Shown: piece after piece, positions 12,544-23,950 of the stretch | How positions within the stretch are numbered: position 1 is the stretch's first letter | Layout: each line of letters opens with the position of its first letter | Position numbers and translations under genes: made by a program | The notes under the pieces: model-generated | What the model saw: only the letters and a program-made list of their open reading frames with translations | Database searches by the model: none | Told to the model about the DNA's origin: nothing | NCBI RefSeq assembly: GCF_026210795.1 | Contig: NC_089429.1 | Location: 1,612,001-1,676,000 of the forward strand | DNA from: Rhizophagus irregularis | Lineage: Eukaryota | Direction: 5' to 3' | Length of the DNA: 64,000 bases

Positions 12544-12684
12544 GGGGACTGATCTAGGAAGATCTAGGTTAGAGAATTTTTTTCAAAATTGAGGTTTTTA
12601 TTGCATTATACTTTTTGATATGACTGAAATACAAAAATTTTAACCAAAAAATTCGCTTACCTTGATTTTTCTAGATCAGACCCC
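12544..12684. mobile_element. MITE with about 38-bp TIRs, flanked by ATAT on both sides
   Basis: ggggactgatctaggaagatctaggttagagaatttttt vs aaaaaattcgcttaccttgatttttctagatcagacccc. Confidence 0.8.
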
Positions 12685-12810
12685 ATATATTGATTTTTAT
12701 GGAAAATCATTTGTTGTACACATTTATAAAGGTGAAACCTTCTTTGTTGTTGAATTAAAAAAATATTCATCCTCTCTGAATTCATAACAATACAAATTTT
12801 AACACTTCCA

Positions 12811-13656
12811 ATGAAAAAAAAAGAGTGTCAAATTTGTTTTGAACGTCTTCAAAAGCGCCAATTCTTAAAAGTAACTGCGAACTGTAACCATGAATTAGAT
12901 GTTTGTAAATTATGTGTTGGTAAGCATATTCAAACTCAGTTAGAAAGTAATGGGAATATAGAAATTTATTGCCCATCTTCCGACTGTAAAGAAGAAATGC
13001 AACATGAGGATGTAAAAAGGATCGCTAGTAAAAAAGTTTTTGAAAGATACGACAAATTAACGCTTACTCAAATGTTAAGCAAATTGCCAGATTTTAGATG
13101 GTGTAAAAATTCTAGATGTGGTTCCGGTCAAATTAATTTTGAAGGAGGTACTAATAACGATCATTTGAATTTATTTTAAAGAAAAATTAATGATATTAAT
13201 TTCCTTTTAATAATAGACAACTCACCTCTAATGACATGTGAAGCTTGCGGTCAAAAATACTGTTATACTCACGATGTTCCTTGGCATGAGGGATTAATTT
13301 GTAGTGAATATGATAGTAAAAAATTAGGTGAAGACAAAGCTACTCAAAATTTACTCGATATAGAAACTAAGCCATGTCCAAAATGTGGCGTAAGAATTAT
13401 CAAAAATGGAGGATGTGAACATATGACTTGTACTATTAAAACTTGTAAATATGAGTTCTGTTGGTTGTAAGTTTCAATCAGGCATATGTTGTGACTGTAT
13501 TGTTTTTATTTTATATAAGAAATTTTATTAATTTAATTTTATTTTAAATTAAATTTATATAGGTGTTTTGCTGATTATGATAAGATTGAGAGAAATGGAG
13601 AATCATCTCATGAGAGAACTTGTAAATTGTATGTAACACATCCACAAAATTTTTGA
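12811..13656 (+). CDS. RBR-type (RING1-IBR-RING2) E3 ubiquitin ligase, 3 exons, 226 aa
   Basis: Exons 12811-13147, 13217-13466, 13563-13656 join in frame with GT-AG introns. RING1 CQIC..CNH..CKLC..CPSSDC; IBR FRWCKNSRC..CEAC..CYTH..WHEGLIC; RING2 KPCPKC..GGCEHMTC..CKYEFCWLC with the catalytic-Cys motif. Confidence 0.9.
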
Positions 13657-14524
13657 AAAACATCTATTACAGTATTACTAAATTTAATAAATTAACAAAT
13701 TTCATAAAGTTAATAATAAATTAATAATTTAAATAATTATTTATTATTACTCCAATATTCACGGTCAGTGAATAACAAAATCATTGAATTTTATTAATAA
13801 GCTGATAAAACCAGAAAAATATAATAATTTATTAATGTTAAACGTAATTATATCTTTTTTTTTTAGGAACCATCGAAACTTGTCATTCTTAAAAAAAAAT
13901 TTAGTTTTTTCTTAAATTTATATATTTTTACCATAAATACATTGTTTACTTTTATTAATTTACATAAAAAAAAAAATATTTATTATTTGTTTATTAATTG
14001 ACAGTTTGTTAATTTTATCGCAAAATTGCAAATCGAGCGAATCAATCACTAAGAAGATTAAATGTCACGTCCCACGTGACAAGATTGTTATCGGCGATTT
14101 ACAAATTACAATTTGTCACACTAATGGAGATAGAAAAAATTTGATTGATTAATGACTATGAAATTTTTTTTAAAAAAAATAATTGATGAATTAACAATCA
14201 AAAGTAACCAAACTTATAGTAAGTACATAAATAAACAAACCATATGATATACTGTATTACGTTACTCACTTAACCATCTTACGTTACTTACTTTCTATAT
14301 ACTCTGCTCAACATTTAAAAAAATCTCTTGATCTATCAAGATAGAAATAACTAACTGTCATTATATGTGAGTTAGCTTCATCCTTTTATTGGGAAAGTCA
14401 GTGTTGTTGGTAATTGTGAGCACTTGAAGCATATTATTTTATAACAATGAAAAATCGAATAAACTTTTTTTTTTTTGCTGCTGCAAATTTCTTATTCGAG
14501 ATGTAAAAATTGGGAGATACTTAC

Positions 14525-14960
14525 CAGTAGCAGGCAGGCACTTGTACAATGATGTGAATTGCGCCCTCACCGATCACGTTGTTTTCAAAATCATCCTTGT
14601 TAAAATAATGATGAAGAAAGTAATGAGGTTTCATAATAGCACCTCCAAGATTACTTTTAATGTCATCTTCGGTATACAATTCTTTACATTTACTTTCGTT
14701 ACTTTTAACCCTTGTATCATTGATCCTCCAAAGGTTCAGATAGTTATGACAGTTGATATTAAGTGATTTAAGTTTATAACTTAGACAATAGACTTGAAAT
14801 GCGAAACTAGAATACGATTACAGTCGAATAGAAAATTGTCTGTACTACATGTATTATAAACAACGATTTTATCGATAATATCAACCGAGAAAGAATTTTC
14901 AGGAGTCTCTCCTAAAAGTAAACAATTTATGGAAAATTTAATATTGAATATATTGAATAT
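14525..14960 (-). pseudogene. Crinkler (CRN) N-terminal ubiquitin-like domain, disrupted
   Basis: Reads INCLLLGETPENSFSVDI..VSHFKSIV, then a frameshift near 14782, then YKLKSLNINCHNYLNLWRIN..EDDIKSNLGGAIMKPHYFLHHYF..EGAIHIIVQVPA followed by a GTAAGT donor at 14524. No in-frame ATG seen. Confidence 0.8.
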
Positions 14961-15491
14961 ATTCTTCTGTAACAAGGTTTCTCCTTAGGTAGTAACGCGC
15001 TTTTCATAAGTTTGTTTATATATGGTGAGCATGAACTCACCACAAATGATGAGTTGATGACTCATAATTATATATATTGATCATACGATCATGCATAAAA
15101 TGTTTAAATAGTCATACTTCTCTTAGACTATTACAGTTTAATTATACTTTTTATGTCAATAGTGTCAAATTTTATTGATGCGCAGTATATCATAATCATT
15201 ATTACTGTATATACATAAATTACATATAAATTTAATATAGACGCAACTGTATTATAAATAAATAATCAACAGTTTTTATTCTTTTTTTTTATTTAAATGA
15301 AAATACTTTTGTTAACATATATTTTTAAAGTATTTTTTTTATTTAAATTAACAATAGTGATAGACTATTTTTTTATTTTTGATTGCAAGAGTTGATTACA
15401 AATATTGATATCATCTATACTTTTTATATGAAAAGCTTGTGCAACAAAAAAATATTTATACGTATTCTTGAAAAATTTTTAATTACAGTAC

Positions 15492-15888
15492 TAGGAGTTG
15501 GGCAAAATCGAAATAATCGAAAATCTGATTAAACTAAATTATCGAATAAATAATCGAAACTATAGTGCCGGCCCGAATTACGAAATTATAAATCACATGA
15601 CATCGAATCTTTGCGTTATGCAAGATTTTGAATTGTGTTACACTAAAGTTTTAATTCTGGCCGGAATCATAAGCTTGGTCAGAGTTACCGCCGATCACTT
15701 ATTATTCGTGTGTTTCATTTTAAATGCAAAATCATTAAATTTAATAATCAAATGATTTTTCTGCCACAAATTTAATGATGCACAATCGATTAGAAACGAT
15801 TAATCGAAATCGAAATTTGAGAAACGATTAATCGTGACTAGTCGATTCTAAAATCGATTCTAATTATGGAAATCGATTCCAATCCCTA
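15492..15888. mobile_element. hAT-like MITE, degenerate
   Basis: taggagttgg ... ccaatcccta termini; many aatcga(a/t) subterminal repeats; flanks attacagtac / ttaacagtac resemble an eroded TSD. Confidence 0.6.
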
Positions 15889-16867
15889 TTAACAGTACAT
15901 GAAGTACATTAAACTGTCAGTTACTATAGCGCAGTTGCTTCGTCCGTATAAGATAACAATAAATTTTTTCATTTTTATGTATGAAGAATTGTTTTTTAGT
16001 TAAAATTCAATTCCTTAATTATAAATACACATAAGTAAAACCTAGAAACAAATTTAATAAGTTGTTCAAATGTTTATTACCCAAAAATTGAAAATTTCTA
16101 CAATAATATGGGTCTCATATATCTTTTCATTTAAAAATTTCATAATAGTTCTTAAGTATATAAATTAATTACTATATGTGTAAAAAAATAAATAATTAGT
16201 ATGAATTTTTCTTAATAAAACAATTAAAAAACAATGATTGTTTATGAAGTTTTTTTCTTTTAATTTATTTTTTGAAAATATTTTTTTTAACTTTTTCGTC
16301 TTGGGAAGATTTTGGATTGTACTACGTGAATATAACAAAAATTTTTTTAAAAAAACATTATTAACTTTTCAAGTTTTTGCTTTCATATCCGCTTCATAGA
16401 GAATGTCAAAGGAAAGGTTGAGTATTATATCATGAGTAATTTCTAAAAAAGGTGAATTCTGGTACACAATTTTCCAGTACCGTATTTGACTAAATATGGA
16501 GAAATGGCATGATCCTCTGAATACAAAAATATACAATATGATAAGTTAAAATATATGTGCAAACAAGTTAATTGTTAGGCCATTCATAGTTTTATTTTAC
16601 AAGCAAAATTCTTACTAATACCTCTGAAGCACCTTGGTCTAAACTATTTATACCAACATCAACTCTATGATTCGATATTTTAGATAGAAATAAAATTGGC
16701 CATCAAACGGACATGCGGTGACGGAATATAGATCTTGAAGTTCTCATGAAGTCAATTCCAAAAGAGTATAGTTAATATTGTCTATTTGTTTCTTATAAAG
16801 AAGTCATCGAAATGTTTATCATGGATCACTGATGTAAAACAAATCAAAGATAGGAATCAGTCAGGTG

Positions 16868-17323
16868 TAGGGATGCCAACGGTCGGTTCGGTTTTAAAAC
16901 TGCAGTTTTCAACCAAAACCGAATCGACCGCAAAACCGACCGATAAAACTGAACTGCAAAACCAAATAAAGCAATGCCATAAAGTATCAACTATAATTTT
17001 TTGAATAATATTCTTTAAATTTACGACAACAATAACGCCGATGTTGTGATTTTTCAGAGAAACGAAAAATCACGTGATCATCGCGTAAATTCGAATAATT
17101 TCAAAAACGAGAATACTAACCATAAAAATAGTTTTAATGGTATTCTCAATAAACAAAATCATTTTTTTTTCCGGAATATATTAAAAATTTACAATTAGCC
17201 GATCGGTTTTTTGATCGGTTTTTTTGTATATAAAACTGACGGTTAACCGGTCGGTCTTGGACTGAAACCGAACCGATAACCGAACCGGTAAAACGGTTAT
17301 GATCGGTTATAACCGCATCCCTA
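16868..17323. mobile_element. hAT-type MITE with perfect 8-bp TSD GTCAGGTG
   Basis: tagggatgc ... gcatcccta TIRs; gtcaggtg at 16860-16867 and 17324-17331; dense aaccg/cggtt subterminal repeats. Confidence 0.92.
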
Positions 17324-18083
17324 GTCAGGTGATGAAACTAGCAAAGTCCAGGCTTGAACTGATAGCGTAGCCCAGTTTTGTCGAGAATTGATCGTCAGAT
17401 TGGATAATTTTGGGTAGAATCTAATTTCACTAAAGAAATTAGTTGCAGCGAAGTAATGAATATCCAGTATACAATGTCTGAAGGTATTCCAAAGAAGAGA
17501 ACAATAATAATTACGTTAGGAATATGTTAAACGAATGTATACTGTATTTATCATAGTATTATTTGTTTAAATTCGCTATCCAGTATATTTACAACCATGC
17601 AATAAGATTTTAACCTGTAATTATTTTAACTAACAGGTGGCCTACGATACCGACACAATAATATTTTCTTATACGGTAATTACGGTAATTAAAATCCAGA
17701 AGAAAGTTGATGACAAAAAATTGTATATAGATATTGTGAACGTTCGCACGTTGTTTTTTTCGGGTCAAACTGTTCCTGGCTTCATGCTTTTATTTATGGA
17801 ACCCAAAACCATTTATCATTTATTTACAATTCTTAGAGCTCCACAATGGTAGGGTCGACCCGGATGAGTTTTTAAGCGAGTCAGGTTTAGTGAACGTAAT
17901 AGTCGTAATATCCCTTGGCCTATTAATCTTTAAGTAAATATTTTAATCACAATTAAAAATTAACAAAAAAAAAGTATTTAATAATCCGTTATAAAATAAT
18001 GACTTTATTTATAAAAATAATTTGATAAACATTTTAAATATTTCTATACAAATAATTTTTTTTTTTAAAAAAAAAATAAACAA

Positions 18084-19727
18084 TTAATAATCCATTTCCT
18101 TTATATAATCATAATTCTTAATAAATAAATCGTTATAATTATAAACTTCAATATTATGTAATTGAAACTCCTTTACTTCATTTTTCAAAGTAAACAGATT
18201 TTTCCTTATTCCATTAGAGAAAACATCTTCTATAGCTAAATATCTAACCCTTTTTTCTTTCATAATATATTCTTTAATACAAGGTAAAATATCTTGACTT
18301 TCACCATAAATCTTATTTTTAATTAACAATTTTCTAATAAAAGTATTTTGAGAATTTTTAAAAAATATTTCTATATTATTTATTTCAAACTTAAGAGCCA
18401 AATTTAAATATTCTAATCTATGAGGAAGAATTTGTCCTAATTTTTGTAATATAATTGAACTAAGTTCAATATCATAAGTTAATTGAGAATAATTAAATTG
18501 ACAAAAATCAATAGAAATATAACTAAGATTTTGATTAACATTTTTAATCAAATCAAATGCTGGATGGACATTTTGATTATCAAATTCAAGTAATTCAAAA
18601 TATTTAATTTTTGTACAATAAATTTTAATAAATTCAATAAATTGATGTTGTAATTTATAAGTTATTGATTTAATTCCAATATTTTCTAAATAATCACCAG
18701 ATTTTTCTAACAATAATTTTAAAGAATCAATTGTGTGCATTTCATTAACAAACAAAGATCTTAACTTAAATGGTTTGGTTAAACTATCAATTTGAGAAAT
18801 TATGGAATATAAAAAAGAACAATAAATGAAATGAATAGAATCTAAAACATTTAATTGCTCAAATACTTCTTTTAAATAATGGATATCTAAAAAATTAATT
18901 TTGTAGAATACAATGGATTTTAAAGTATTTGCACAATTAGAATTCATTAAGATGGTTAAAGGATATGCTCTCTCCTCAAACAAAATTCTTTTAAGATTTT
19001 GTTGTGGATTAATAATTTTTGTCAGATATTTTTCAGTTATAAAAGTTTTATGATGAATATTTTTTTGACAATGAAGTGTTGAAATTGAATTACAATGAGA
19101 ATATAAGTAGTTTAAAAGGTCAATATTAAAAATTGCATTATTAAGATGAAACTTAAAATTTTTAATATTATAAATAAAGGTTGGATTTCTTAGGATTAAT
19201 CTGATAATAGAATTTAAACATTCACTATTTGTAATCTTTATAGTACTGGAAATCTCAACTTCAAAGGTATGTAAGTTAACTTTATTTTGAATAAATATTT
19301 TAAATAATAGCAAAGGAGTAAAGTTTAATAAATTCGAAAATTGTGTAGATTGATTGCTAATAGATAAAGTTCCAATCCATTTTTTAATAGAATAAACAAA
19401 TGAAAATGTATTTAAACATTTAATAAAACTAGGATAATTAAATAATGTATTCAAAGAGAACGATTCATTATTAATTCCATATGTGTTTAATTGTGCTTTA
19501 TCATTTTCATTTAATTTGTGTAAGGAAATTTCGAAAATATTATGGTTTTTAGGAAGATTCACTTTTTTTGAAAACGGGTCTTCCCATAATAATGGAATTG
19601 CTATACGACACCATAATCTATTGACAAAAATACATGAATGTAGTGCTAAATAATCATTCTGTAAATATTGTATGATTTTACTTGTTATTTCAGGTATATC
19701 TCCTGGAGAAATTTTTGAACACGCCAT
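18084..19727 (-). CDS. F-box-like / LRR protein, 547 aa, intronless
   Basis: IPEITSKIIQYL..LHSCIFVNRLWCRIAIPLLWEDPF; family blocks QLNVLDSIH, KPFKLRSLF, LGQILPHRLEYL, IMKEKRVRYLA. Confidence 0.88.
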   Translation of the reverse strand: MACSKISPGDIPEITSKIIQYLQNDYLALHSCIFVNRLWCRIAIPLLWEDPFSKKVNLPKNHNIFEISLHKLNENDKAQLNTYGINNESFSLNTLFNYPSFIKCLNTFSFVYSIKKWIGTLSISNQSTQFSNLLNFTPLLLFKIFIQNKVNLHTFEVEISSTIKITNSECLNSIIRLILRNPTFIYNIKNFKFHLNNAIFNIDLLNYLYSHCNSISTLHCQKNIHHKTFITEKYLTKIINPQQNLKRILFEERAYPLTILMNSNCANTLKSIVFYKINFLDIHYLKEVFEQLNVLDSIHFIYCSFLYSIISQIDSLTKPFKLRSLFVNEMHTIDSLKLLLEKSGDYLENIGIKSITYKLQHQFIEFIKIYCTKIKYFELLEFDNQNVHPAFDLIKNVNQNLSYISIDFCQFNYSQLTYDIELSSIILQKLGQILPHRLEYLNLALKFEINNIEIFFKNSQNTFIRKLLIKNKIYGESQDILPCIKEYIMKEKRVRYLAIEDVFSNGIRKNLFTLKNEVKEFQLHNIEVYNYNDLFIKNYDYIKEMDY

Positions 19728-19856
19728 AATGTAAATAAAAAAAAATAAAGGAAAAAAAAGGGGGTGTTCGTTCTACAATTATCTAATTAGGTAAGTTATA
19801 TACTAATCATTTATGCTGATCATTTATGCTTAGTGAACGAAACATACTGTATAGTA

Positions 19857-20060
19857 CATGCTTGATGGTTTGATCGAGTAAAGAACTTGGTCGATCAAAA
19901 TTTGATCACGTTTAATTTTCACATGTAATCATGTGTTGGCTCGATCAATCATCTACAAATGGTCTTGCTAGATGTACATTGGATTCAAGCGTTATTGACT
20001 CGAACCAATCAATGATCGATTATGGTTGGCATGATCAAATGATCAAATTCAACAGCCATG
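19857..20060. mobile_element. Degenerate GATC-rich TIR element
   Basis: catgcttgatggtttgatc vs gatcaaattcaacagccatg; internal tcgatc/gatca repeats; no TSD. Confidence 0.4.
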
Positions 20061-20513
20061 ACCGTTTTCTGTTGGTTATGATTTTTCGGTCATATGCAAA
20101 ATTATAATCCTTACAATCCTCTTGTAATCCTATTATAAACACGTCCGACCTAAAAACCTAAAAAAAAAATATTGGTAGTCACGCAAACAAACGCAAACAA
20201 ATCTGACCAATCAAATAAATCCAACGAATGCAACGAATCAGAAATGAACATCTTACCTTTGATATTTATTGACCACTGATTATTAATTAAAAATATTTTG
20301 ACATTCTTAAACTTTTATTGTTATTATAATTACAGAATGCCTTTTCTTGGTTCTAAGTTTAGTATTTAAACTTGCTGCAAATTTTAAAGTTTAACTATCA
20401 TAGTAACCTTAAGACAATATGAGTAAGTTTTAATAATCCAGAATTTATTTCAAACTAGAATTTTATTTTAAAAAAATGATATCATTGTAATAAATGTTAT
20501 AAAATTTCCTGTA

Positions 20514-20659
20514 TTATCGCCGTTTTCAAAATGGTGTATGCAGTTATATTTGAATAAGAAAAAAAGATGGACAAAAAACGGATGAAGACCGGACAAATAT
20601 TGGTATTCGAATATACAATCACAAATAAACTGACCGCATAATTTTGAAAACGGCGATAA
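20514..20659. mobile_element. MITE with 19-bp perfect TIRs (possible TA TSD within them)
   Basis: ttatcgccgttttcaaaat ... attttgaaaacggcgataa; a second partial copy lies at 10412-10528. Confidence 0.8.
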
Positions 20660-22294
20660 ATGAAAAAAAATTTTTTTTATTATAAACTACCTATCATAAA
20701 TATAAACAAATCATAATTTTAGATTTTTTATATCACGTTATTGAAATTTTTATGATTTTTTTTTAAAAAATATAGATTCTTTTTTTTTACAAAAAAATTC
20801 TTCATAGCACTTTTTTCCAAAACATTTTTTTTATACAAGATATCTTCGCTCTCATCATAGAACCTGTCCTGATCAATATTTTTTTAATGAAGAATTCTCG
20901 GAATTCATAAAATATTTTCAAATCTCTTGTATCAATCTAAATACAATATTCTAATTTTTAAGAAAGAATCTGTATATAATGGCTTAATTGATTGTTATAA
21001 AAATCAGGAGATAAAATCTAGATTTTATCAATATTTTTAATTAAATCTAATGCTAGATAAAAATTTTTTTAAATATTTCAAAACTATGCCTCACTTTATT
21101 GGAAAAACTCTTCCTGACGATCATTCGTCCTAAATTTTTTGGAAGAAAAAAAAATATTTTATTTCGTTATAGTCTTATAGAGCACTTCCTTTTTTATAAA
21201 TACAATGAAATGGCTTAATAATGAATGCCTTTTATATACGAGAAGAGTTTTTATCAGGAGTTTTTGATCGAAACAAGAAATTTTATTAATAAATATTTTA
21301 GAAACATAGGAACATCCCGAAAAATGTTTTCGAACAAAATATTGATAGAGTTTTAGATAGGAAGCACGACTAGCAAGTTTTTTTACACCGTTAAGCAAAA
21401 ATACAAGACCAAGAGTTATAATAAGAACTTGCGAGGAAATAGCATATAAACTTTATAGTATGGAAGTTGAACGATTGGGAAACAAAATTCGAACTTACGA
21501 AACTGGCTTAGAGAGGCGCAGTAAAGAACAAAGACGCATCATGTGAGTTCGCCAAAAAGAAAATGAGGTCAAACATAAGAAACGAATTATATTGCGGAAA
21601 GATAAAAAGATAACAAGTCTTTCTAAAGAAGTTGAGAGTTGAGTCAACATAGATTGAGGTAAGAAAGGTAAAAGAAATGTCAAACGCCGATCAAGAAAGC
21701 ACCGGACAAAAAACTTACCGAAATCCAAGTTGATCAATTACCAATTGAAGAGATCAGGAACCATTCCTATGAAATTCCGGGACATTGCCGTTTATGGTTT
21801 GGTGAAACATATTAGCGTTAAAAAACAAGTATAAATCAGTTAAATTTAAAGAACGACGAGTTATGATAAAACGTTGAGACATAAACGTAAATTTTAATGG
21901 TCAAGTATACTCGTTCCACTCGTTCCGATGGTGTCCGTCGGACACGAAAATATCAAAACATGACAATAGGGCAATGTACTGTATTGGTTGCTTATAAAGA
22001 ACTACCTGAAGGGAAGTTAAACGACTATGATTTGTTCTTTTCGAAATAATATACAGGAAAGAAAGTGTTCTACGCTTACTTCAAAGACGAAGAAACGTTA
22101 GGAAAGCCAATCACGCTTTCGATAGAAAAGGAGGGATTTGGATCCCTGTAAAAAATTTTATCCATGGTTTCTGTAAAAACTTCGTGAATATGATACATTT
22201 ATGGAAAAATAACTGAATTTAAGCAACTTTGATAATTTCTATGTTTGAGGCTATAAATTCCGTAATAACATGGAATAAAAAAAACAGAATAAAT

Positions 22295-22833
22295 TTTTTA
22301 TAAAAACTATTTCAGGGAATATACCTGAATTAACTAATAAAATTTACGGAATGACTATTTCCGTGCCGAATAACTATTATTTATGCAGACGTTAGCACGA
22401 CATTCATATATATTTTACAATAGATCGAGGTGTCATATAGCAACTTCATTATCACAGAAAGTCCTATCTTCAAAGATTAAACTTCTTAAAATCATAATTT
22501 CTTACAAAACAAAATTAAATGAATATGGAAGTTAATAATAATGATTCATTTTCTTTAAACATTATTAATTATTCAATGATTAGGAGGTCATGTATTATAC
22601 ATTTATCCATTATATTAAAAAGTAGATCTATATTAAATCACGTATTAAAATTTTACAATACCTAAATCATTTATATTTATGGAATTCATTTAATAATAAA
22701 GTAGTTTATTTAAAAGAAAGTATATAATAATTAAATGTTTTATAACCTGTTCATATTCTAATATTATTCCACAAATTATTAAATCATTGTCTGATCGAAA
22801 TTTTAAAATTGAATCATTATTACAAACATCCGG
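22295..22833 (+). pseudogene. Decayed, internally deleted F-box/LRR gene
   Basis: Collinear DNA similarity to the 23951-25579 gene: tcagggaatatacctgaattaactaataaa (SGNIPELTNK), aatagatcgaggtgtcatatagcaacttcatta (cf. NRLWCRIAIPL), KTKLNEYG..NNDSFSLN, attaaatgtttta..gttcatattcta, gaatcattattacaaacatccgg (cf. ESLLQKSG). Many stops and indels. Confidence 0.75.
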
Positions 22834-23950
22834 TTAATGTTAAAGTAATGGCTATTTAACTAAAAAAGTGATCTCGAATTGCTAACATCTATAAAATATA
22901 AATGATCGCTCCTATAGCAATTTTACAAAGATATATATATATATATATATTTTCCATTAATAACGAAAATTCTGAAAAATTTGCAAATAAATTGAATGCT
23001 TGCATTCTTCCAATAAAGCGACATTTTTTTTAAAGATTTTTATTTATCGATAATCACGTAAATGATGTATATACTGTAACAAGAATTCTTTCTTTTTCTT
23101 CATTTTCTGGAAGTCTTGTCGAACAACTCACGTTAACTTGTTTATATTCTTGTAATTATTTTGATGGTATTTTATTTCTACTTTTTTCCACGTTGCTGAC
23201 AATCAGACTTCGTGATTTCGTAATTGCCGTTGGATTTACGTTCAATTAATTCTATCCTTTTATCCATCCTTTTATTCATGTCTTCCGATGATTCTTTTCT
23301 CAATTTTGAAATCACATCCACTACCTCCTCCGGAGTCGAATTTTCATACAATTTCGTGGCGAGATTACCAGCATTTCTTCGTCCAACCACTTCTCTCTTG
23401 CTAAGTAATAGTTTCGATCACTTATTGGCTTAAACTCATTTTGTACCTTGTTCTTCCGTGCTTCCTGATGTGGATTCAGGGACAGAAACCTGAGGCTGTA
23501 TCCGTTAGAATGAAATCAATAATTGATTATAAACAGCAAAAGAACAAAGCGCATTTAGAGAACATTGAAATTGCTAAAGTGGTAGGAATCCTATTTTTTT
23601 TAAAAAAATAGATTGACCAATTATTGGCGTCAATATATTGAATCGATAGTTAGTTTAATCCTTTGTGATTTCTTTTCTAGCCCTAAATTAAGGTACTCAA
23701 GAAAATAACCATTTTTGCTAAACTCTATAACCTGCAGCAGGAAAATTCTTTAAGACAGTTTTATAAATTTATAATTTAATTTCAAACTGAACTTTACTTT
23801 TAAAAAATGTAAGCAAATTTAATAACTTAGTTAAAATTTTATCATAAATATTTATAAAATTTATTTAATATACCAATATACAAATTTAAAAATAACTAAA
23901 TGTATCAATTACAACTCTAAAAACAAAAACCCTTCATGCTATATATATAT

